Virus record (IMG/VR): IMGVR_UViG_3300023278_002646
Span: 1-63,875 of that record
Length of the DNA stretch: 63,875 nucleotides
Reading direction: 5' to 3' (one strand)
From: a virus
Lineage: Duplodnaviria > Caudoviricetes
Shown: in pieces, positions 58,740-63,875 of the stretch
Layout: the number at the start of each line of letters is the position of its first letter
How positions within the stretch are numbered: the stretch's first letter is position 1
Program-made: the position numbers and the translations under genes
Notes under the pieces: generated by a model
The model's input: the letters and a program-made list of their open reading frames with translations, nothing else
Told to the model about the DNA's origin: nothing
Database searches by the model: none

Positions 58740-59588
58740 TTACTGCTCTAGAAGCTTATCGATAAGGCTTTCAAGATTGATTGACATACCTTCTTCCAAC
58801 TCAAACTCTGGAACATCTGTCTCAGGATCAACGAGGTCATCAGTCTCGGTTGGAGCAGCTGCCGGAGCGTCAGGAACAGCATCCGCGGCCTCCTCAGGCT
58901 CTTCAACATTTACTTGCAGCTCACTTTCATACTTATCGAAGTATAAAGCAAGGTTTTTAAGAAGATACTCTTCGAACATACTGATGTCTTGTGCATTATC
59001 AAGGTTGTCGAAAGCAGTTAAAATATTCTTCTCAACATTCTGGAAGTCGCTATATGCTCTGTTGCGACCTGTTTTATCTTCTCCATCCAGACCAAATGTA
59101 TCTCTTTCATCTGGTTCTTCTTCTGGCTCTTCTGCTTCGTCTGAAACATCAATAAAATCCGGATCATCCTCAGGACGATCAGAAACAGTAATATCGATTT
59201 CTTCTTCTACTGGCTCAAGTTCAGCGTCAGAACCAGCATCTTTACGAGACTCTTCGGGGGCAAGAGACTTCTCCACAGCACTTAGGATGTGGTTGCGGTA
59301 TGAGTCTCTCTGTTGCTTATCAGTGGTAAGAGACTTATATCCTGTCTCTACGACAGAAAGAACATTAGAGTTCTTAAGAAGGTCTTCTAGGGCATTGATA
59401 CCAGTGTTTTCGTGCTTCGCTACAGAAGCAACAGCAGACTGACCTTCAAGCAAGCTTCGAACAATAGAGCGAAGCTTCTTTTCTTCGTTCAGTCTTTTTG
59501 TGTCTTTCTTATTTATTATGTGACGAATAGCTTTACGCACGTTCTCACGGAGCATTAGCTCTTCTGCAAATTCTTTACGATCAATCAT
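58740..59588 (-). CDS. Acidic putative head-associated protein
   Basis: 282 aa; LRENVRKAI, LNEEKKLRSIVRSLLEG, TGINALEDLL; ACTATTTAT 24 nt upstream. Confidence 0.65.
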   Translation of the reverse strand: MIDRKEFAEELMLRENVRKAIRHIINKKDTKRLNEEKKLRSIVRSLLEGQSAVASVAKHENTGINALEDLLKNSNVLSVVETGYKSLTTDKQQRDSYRNHILSAVEKSLAPEESRKDAGSDAELEPVEEEIDITVSDRPEDDPDFIDVSDEAEEPEEEPDERDTFGLDGEDKTGRNRAYSDFQNVEKNILTAFDNLDNAQDISMFEEYLLKNLALYFDKYESELQVNVEEPEEAADAVPDAPAAAPTETDDLVDPETDVPEFELEEGMSINLESLIDKLLEQ

Positions 59589-59591
59589 TGT

Positions 59592-61730
59592 TTAGCCCAC
59601 CGATATTCCTAATAAATAGTCCATCACTTCAGTAACCAACTCATCCTCGGCAATGAAGTTTTTTGGATGCCTCTTTTTCTTTTTCTCTGATCCAACAACA
59701 TCAGGAGCGCGCCCAGAGAATCCTGCTACGGCGCCGCCGCCCATAGCGGACATTTCTTCAAGTTTTCCTTGAAGTATATCATAGATTTCTTGATTATAAA
59801 ATCCCATAATACTTTGAAAGTCTTCTGGTGTCGCACCTTTGAGTGCTTTTCTTAAAGTTGTGCCCGACATTTCACCGAAGCCAGGAACATCAATCTCAAC
59901 ATGAGGAGCAACTGCGATGTAACCGTGCTTACCGAGCCCTACAAGCTCTTCTCCTGGCTTATAAGTCTTATAGTAAGCAGGAGTGCCTTTCTTCGTGAAA
60001 CCGTCTAGGTTCGCAAATCTCGGGCTCTCACGCATATCCTTTCCACCGACAGCGAAAACAACTGCTGTTGCGTCTGGATCAAAGTTTTGAGTTACTTCTT
60101 CGGCAACATAAGGTTTTCTGGTCATCACGATCTTATCGGCAGGGATCCCGTGAGCCACCATAATCTTTTTCTTTTCTTCAAAGCTTAGTGGAGACGTTGG
60201 ACCTGTCTTATTCGAAGTCACAACGAATGTGTTCTCGGCACCATATTGTTTGGCAAGTGCCTTATAAGTTGCGTAGTGATGACGACCCATTGGCTGGAAT
60301 CGACCGGGGTAAATAGCAATAACTCTTTTTTGGTCTTGCTCATTCAAAGCCCAGTTAACTGCCTCAGCCAAAGCAATCTTTACTTTACTTTCTTCGCGGA
60401 CCAAAGAAGTGATTGGAGCCCCACCAAGAAGGTTCTCGTAAAGTGCTTGATTCTTGTTTGCAACAGAAGGAAGATTTCGAGACCATTCCAAAAGAGTCTT
60501 TGATACAGAATAACCATCGGTTCCCCAATATACTGATAAACTCTCTGTCTGCTGGAACTTGGCGCCTTTATCTACTGCAAAGTTTGCCTTGCTGAACTCT
60601 AAACGATCAACAAACTTAACGCCATTACCAATGTGATCAACAGCAACATAACCTTCCGGGTTGCTTGCGACCAAATCGCCTGAACCATCATCAATAAAAT
60701 GCTTTGTGTTATATACAGCGTTGTTATATTTGGCGATGAATATGTTTTTTGCTTCAAATAGAAGTCGCGAGACTCTAAAAAGATTAACAAGATCTTCCTT
60801 TCTATCATCAATAGAAGAAAGCATTTCCTGTCCTTTTTGAGTTGCCTTTAATCTTCCTCTCTCAGACTTCAAAGAATTGATTCTTTTTTCTAGACGACCA
60901 GAATACCAACGCTTGAAACCATCAAGAGACTTCTCGGGATCCTCAATAAACTGACCACCCTTAATCTCAGAGTTAATGTAGATATTAAGAAGATCCATCG
61001 GCAGACCATCATAGTTAATCTTGATTTGATCTGCGGCTGAAACTAATTCCTTAACCTTCGCCTCTTCATCTTCAGTTAAAGTAACGGTGCCTGTATCATC
61101 TGTGAAATAAGCATCATCAACCCAAACGCCGGGGACTTTATTCAACCCACTTACGTCTGCGCCAAAAGAAGCCCCACCATCCAAACTATCATAAGTCGTA
61201 TGAAATACAATACCAAACTTTGATTCGGCAATCTCTTGACCAAACTTGGAGTTGACAGGAGCAGCATAAGTAATAGTATTTGGCTTGAAAGCATAATGAG
61301 GCTCACCATCAACATCAATAGTGCTAATCATCTCATCATCAAACATAAAGTCGCCTTGAAGAATCTTTTGGATTCCTAATCCAGGCAAATAGCGAAGCGC
61401 TTTAACTAACTTATCAACCAAACCCGGAGCATGCCCGTGATTTCTCTGGACATCTTCGGGGGTATAGTTTATCTTTGGGACTTTATTAAAGATAGATTTG
61501 GTACCAACAAAGAACTTACCGTTCTCGGGATTGATACCAGCAAAAATAGCAGGAGCCCCGTCCCATTTAACGGAGGTCTTTACTTTTGAATCAACATTGC
61601 CTTTTAACTCTTCCAACAACTCAAGCAAGAATGCCCGAGCCATATCATAACCTTTTGGACCTTGTGTTAAAACAAGTTCTTCAAGGTGAGTTAAGTGAGT
61701 GTTTGCTTTTCCTTCATCCAGAAGAAACAT
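59592..61730 (-). CDS. DUF6267-like domain fused to a cytidyltransferase/NMNAT-like domain
   Basis: KANTHLTHLEE, KWDGAPAIFAG, FVGTKS.FNK.PK, QGDFMF, PNTITY, PEGYV, KFVDRLEFS; then IYPGRFQP...H, PLSFEEK, MSGT.LR. Confidence 0.8.
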   Translation of the reverse strand: MFLLDEGKANTHLTHLEELVLTQGPKGYDMARAFLLELLEELKGNVDSKVKTSVKWDGAPAIFAGINPENGKFFVGTKSIFNKVPKINYTPEDVQRNHGHAPGLVDKLVKALRYLPGLGIQKILQGDFMFDDEMISTIDVDGEPHYAFKPNTITYAAPVNSKFGQEIAESKFGIVFHTTYDSLDGGASFGADVSGLNKVPGVWVDDAYFTDDTGTVTLTEDEEAKVKELVSAADQIKINYDGLPMDLLNIYINSEIKGGQFIEDPEKSLDGFKRWYSGRLEKRINSLKSERGRLKATQKGQEMLSSIDDRKEDLVNLFRVSRLLFEAKNIFIAKYNNAVYNTKHFIDDGSGDLVASNPEGYVAVDHIGNGVKFVDRLEFSKANFAVDKGAKFQQTESLSVYWGTDGYSVSKTLLEWSRNLPSVANKNQALYENLLGGAPITSLVREESKVKIALAEAVNWALNEQDQKRVIAIYPGRFQPMGRHHYATYKALAKQYGAENTFVVTSNKTGPTSPLSFEEKKKIMVAHGIPADKIVMTRKPYVAEEVTQNFDPDATAVVFAVGGKDMRESPRFANLDGFTKKGTPAYYKTYKPGEELVGLGKHGYIAVAPHVEIDVPGFGEMSGTTLRKALKGATPEDFQSIMGFYNQEIYDILQGKLEEMSAMGGGAVAGFSGRAPDVVGSEKKKKRHPKNFIAEDELVTEVMDYLLGISVG
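59612..59620 (-). promoter_or_regulatory. Candidate late promoter motif ACTATTTAT
   Basis: Within the 3' end of the upstream CDS, about 24 nt before the ATG at 59588. Confidence 0.4.
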
Positions 61731-61737
61731 TATCTTT

Positions 61738-61986
61738 TCAACTCTCCTTATTTTCTTCTAATATCGTAACTTGCTCTTCAAGAATACTTACACGCTCTTG
61801 AAGCCGTCTTGTCTGTCGCCTAACTTGTTTTAGACTTTCTTTGGCCATCTCAATCCGGCGCGCATCCTTTTTAGAACGCGGCATTATATTTTCCAGAACC
61901 TCAGAAATAGAATCTAAATAACTAGACGTAGCAGGGCCTTTGCCCTCGTTCATAATGAACTGACGAGTTAGCCGACGATAATCCAT
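61738..61986 (-). CDS. Hypothetical coiled-coil protein
   Basis: 82 aa; RRLQERVSILEEQVTILEE; GAGG SD. Confidence 0.65.
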   Translation of the reverse strand: MDYRRLTRQFIMNEGKGPATSSYLDSISEVLENIMPRSKKDARRIEMAKESLKQVRRQTRRLQERVSILEEQVTILEENKES

Positions 61987-61989
61987 CGT

Positions 61990-62217
61990 TTATTCCTCGA
62001 TGTCTTTCAGAACAACTTTCTTTTCAGGAGCCGGCCTGACTGCTTTCTTGGGCGCCGGCTTTACTGCTTTCTTGGGTGCTGCCGCCGGAACAGGCTTTAC
62101 GGCAGCCTTCTTTGCTGCGGCTTCTTTTGCGGCAGCCTCTTCAGCAGCCTTCTTCGCTGCGGCTTCTTTTGCTGCGGCTTCTGCTCTTCTTCTTCTTTTA
62201 ATAAACGGTGCAACCAT
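61990..62217 (-). CDS. Small Ala/Lys/Pro-rich protein (histone H1-like low complexity)
   Basis: EAAAKEAAAKKAAEEAAAKEAAAKK and (A/P)APKKAV repeats; GGAG SD. Confidence 0.7.
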   Translation of the reverse strand: MVAPFIKRRRRAEAAAKEAAAKKAAEEAAAKEAAAKKAAVKPVPAAAPKKAVKPAPKKAVRPAPEKKVVLKDIEE

Positions 62218-62218
62218 T

Positions 62219-62974
62219 TTACTTACTCTCCTTTTTGATTCTTCGTAGGATTCTACGAGTGATTTGCTTTGCCTCGTGGACAGAGATCATTTTTGGTGCT
62301 GTTGTTTCCTCAACAGTCTCCTCATCTTCTGTCCGGCCACAGTTTGATTCGTCAAGATCTTCTTTCTTGGCGTCCTTAGCAGCATCCTTCATTGACTCTT
62401 CTTTATCGCCATCCTTATCTACATCAAGGAAGTCTGGCTTGGCGCCTTCACTAAGAAGTCCCCATTTCTTCATCAACTTTGTGTTGATTTCATTGTTTTT
62501 CCACTCTTTAAGTGACATCTTTGGTTCTCCTGAATCCGAGAAATCAATCTCGATATTAATTTTTCCTGTTTTAATTAGATCTTCAAAGTCTCTAAATATT
62601 AAATTTCCTTTTTCGTATGCCTCTCGCTCCATTTCTCTAAGGTGCGGATCTTTCTGGGCATACCCTTCGCCAGTAGCATTATCAGTTGTAAAATCTCCAC
62701 GACAGTTCTGATCGTGATGAACTAGTTCGTGCGATAAAGATCTCAATATATCTTTTGGATGCCTTCCATCTGTATAAAGAACAATCTGGTAGTTCTGTGG
62801 GTCATAGTAAGCAGTCTTGCCTAACATCCTGCCGGCATTATCCTGATCACTTTGAAAAACGATCGAGGCGCCTTTATCAAAGCCAAGTTGTTTTTGAGAA
62901 TAAGGAAAAAAGTTATCAACCATCTGTTCAAGATGGCGAGTGTTTCCAGCAGTATTGTTTACGCACTTATGCAT
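62219..62974 (-). CDS. Zinc metallopeptidase-like protein with DxDxDG motif
   Basis: RHPKDILRSLSHELVHH, EMEREAY; C-terminal PDFLDVDKDGDKEESMK. Confidence 0.72.
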   Translation of the reverse strand: MHKCVNNTAGNTRHLEQMVDNFFPYSQKQLGFDKGASIVFQSDQDNAGRMLGKTAYYDPQNYQIVLYTDGRHPKDILRSLSHELVHHDQNCRGDFTTDNATGEGYAQKDPHLREMEREAYEKGNLIFRDFEDLIKTGKINIEIDFSDSGEPKMSLKEWKNNEINTKLMKKWGLLSEGAKPDFLDVDKDGDKEESMKDAAKDAKKEDLDESNCGRTEDEETVEETTAPKMISVHEAKQITRRILRRIKKESK

Positions 62975-62980
62975 TATCTA

Positions 62981-63301
62981 TTAAATAGTTGAAAAAAGAA
63001 GAAAAAGAGCAGCCCATAAATGATATCCAAAAACAATCAAATATATTAAGTTTAAAATTAAAAGAATATAAAATACTCTGCGTTTGAATCTTTTCCTGAA
63101 AAAGTAAAGAATATATAAGCCAACTCCACTTAATCCTAACTTTGCTAAGACAAATAAAACCGGAGAATGTTGAAAAAAGAAATCCATTATTGGATTTGCT
63201 TCCGTAGCAAGTCCGTTTTGAACCCAAAATAACGTTGCCGTAAGATCTACAATAATGAGGATAGATAGAAAATAAACTAATCTAGCTATTTTCCTCAGCA
63301 T
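62981..63301 (-). CDS. Small membrane protein (DUF5658-like)
   Basis: Three hydrophobic helices; D...T....G..EANP.M motif; GGAG SD. Confidence 0.75.
   Translation of the reverse strand: MLRKIARLVYFLSILIIVDLTATLFWVQNGLATEANPIMDFFFQHSPVLFVLAKLGLSGVGLYILYFFRKRFKRRVFYILLILNLIYLIVFGYHLWAALFLLFSTI
62982..62989 (-). promoter_or_regulatory. Candidate late promoter motif ACTATTTA
   Basis: 7 nt upstream of the ATG at 62974, overlapping the upstream stop codon. Confidence 0.4.
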
Positions 63302-63332
63302 CTATCTCCTTTAAGATGCTTCCAATTCCAAC

Positions 63333-63650
63333 TCACTGTATTTTGCCTTGCCCTGGACCTTTTTCATAAGTAATTGCTTTGAATGCTTTTTCAAGATAGT
63401 CGGCTGCTTTGGTGATCTTTGCCTGAACCCAAGGCTCAAGATTTTCGTCATCCATCAACATATCGTGAAGTTGCTGTGCCTGCGCAGCCATATGATATAG
63501 AGATCTGCGAGCCATCTGCCCTTCATATCCATCTGGATCCTTGTCGTGTGCTGGCGCCTGTTGTGTTTCACCGGGCATTTCCAGTAGAATGGAAGTACCA
63601 GTTAGTTCATCAGAGATCATCTCTTTAAGTTGTGCTTTAGTAATCTTCAT
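63333..63650 (-). CDS. Putative head-associated protein
   Basis: MKITKAQLKEMISDEL N-terminus; EGQMAR..L, DENLEPWVQAKITKAADYL. Confidence 0.7.
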   Translation of the reverse strand: MKITKAQLKEMISDELTGTSILLEMPGETQQAPAHDKDPDGYEGQMARRSLYHMAAQAQQLHDMLMDDENLEPWVQAKITKAADYLEKAFKAITYEKGPGQGKIQ

Positions 63651-63666
63651 TGTTATTCCTCTTGTA

Positions 63667-63875
63667 CTAATCTTTATCAGTTAATAAATCTACGGCTTTT
63701 ACTTGCTCTTCTAAGCCACCAAAGTCGCCGCCTCCCATTCCAATCATACCACCACCGGCATAATCTCCTCCGGAGCCTCCACTAAATCTCTGCTGATACT
63801 CCGGAGCCGCGACAACTCGCTGGTCAGGCATTGGATGAGCGCCAGAACCTTCAAGGCTGTTTAAAGCCTTTCTAA
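63667..63875 (-). CDS. C-terminal part of a Gly-rich protein (runs off the window)
   Basis: Open frame ...RKALNSLEGSGAHPMPDQRVVAAPEYQQRFSGGSGGDYAGGGMIGMGGGDFGGLEEQVKAVDLLTDKD* ending at TAG 63667. Confidence 0.6.
   Translation of the reverse strand, partial: RKALNSLEGSGAHPMPDQRVVAAPEYQQRFSGGSGGDYAGGGMIGMGGGDFGGLEEQVKAVDLLTDKD

Noticed and set aside
58294-59442. 382-aa plus-strand ORF
   Set aside because: Antisense shadow of two minus-strand genes and the tmRNA 5' end; its Ser-rich sequence is what the reverse of Glu/Asp codons produces.

Overview
This window is a 64 kb segment of a large tailed dsDNA phage genome (contractile-tailed, jumbo-myovirus-like). Standard genetic code; essentially every real gene is on the minus strand and tightly packed. 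Reading in transcription order (right to left): (1) 58.4-63.9 kb: probable head-associated or internal proteins with L-x-E motifs, a zinc metallopeptidase and a DUF6267-like/cytidyltransferase fusion. (2) 52.1-58.4 kb: a tmRNA (tag ANEADYGLALAA), a lipoprotein, six tRNAs (Thr, Ala, Val, Pro, Gly, Ser), a thermonuclease, a cytidylyltransferase, PIN-PhoH, a second zincin and a Cas4-like nuclease. (3) 33.9-52.1 kb: a 19-gene glycan biosynthesis island. It holds several glycosyltransferases (including GT29-like and GT42/Maf-like sialyltransferase-type enzymes), two NeuA-like CMP-transferases, an HpcH aldolase, an SIS-HAD fusion, aminotransferases, methyltransferases and epimerases. (4) 32.3-33 kb: a phage sigma factor. 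(5) 1.3-32 kb: a baseplate/tail module with a muramidase, spike, gp25, gp6-like wedge and a 2942-aa LamG protein. (6) A repeat protein and the start of a RuvC-like gene at the left edge. The main hypothesis is a phage-encoded virion glycosylation system: an ulosonic-acid-type pathway with no NeuB/KdsA in the window sits next to tail proteins conspicuously rich in [ST]-[GA]-[ST] tripeptides that could be glycosylation sequons. All family assignments come from motif recognition by eye, not database searches.
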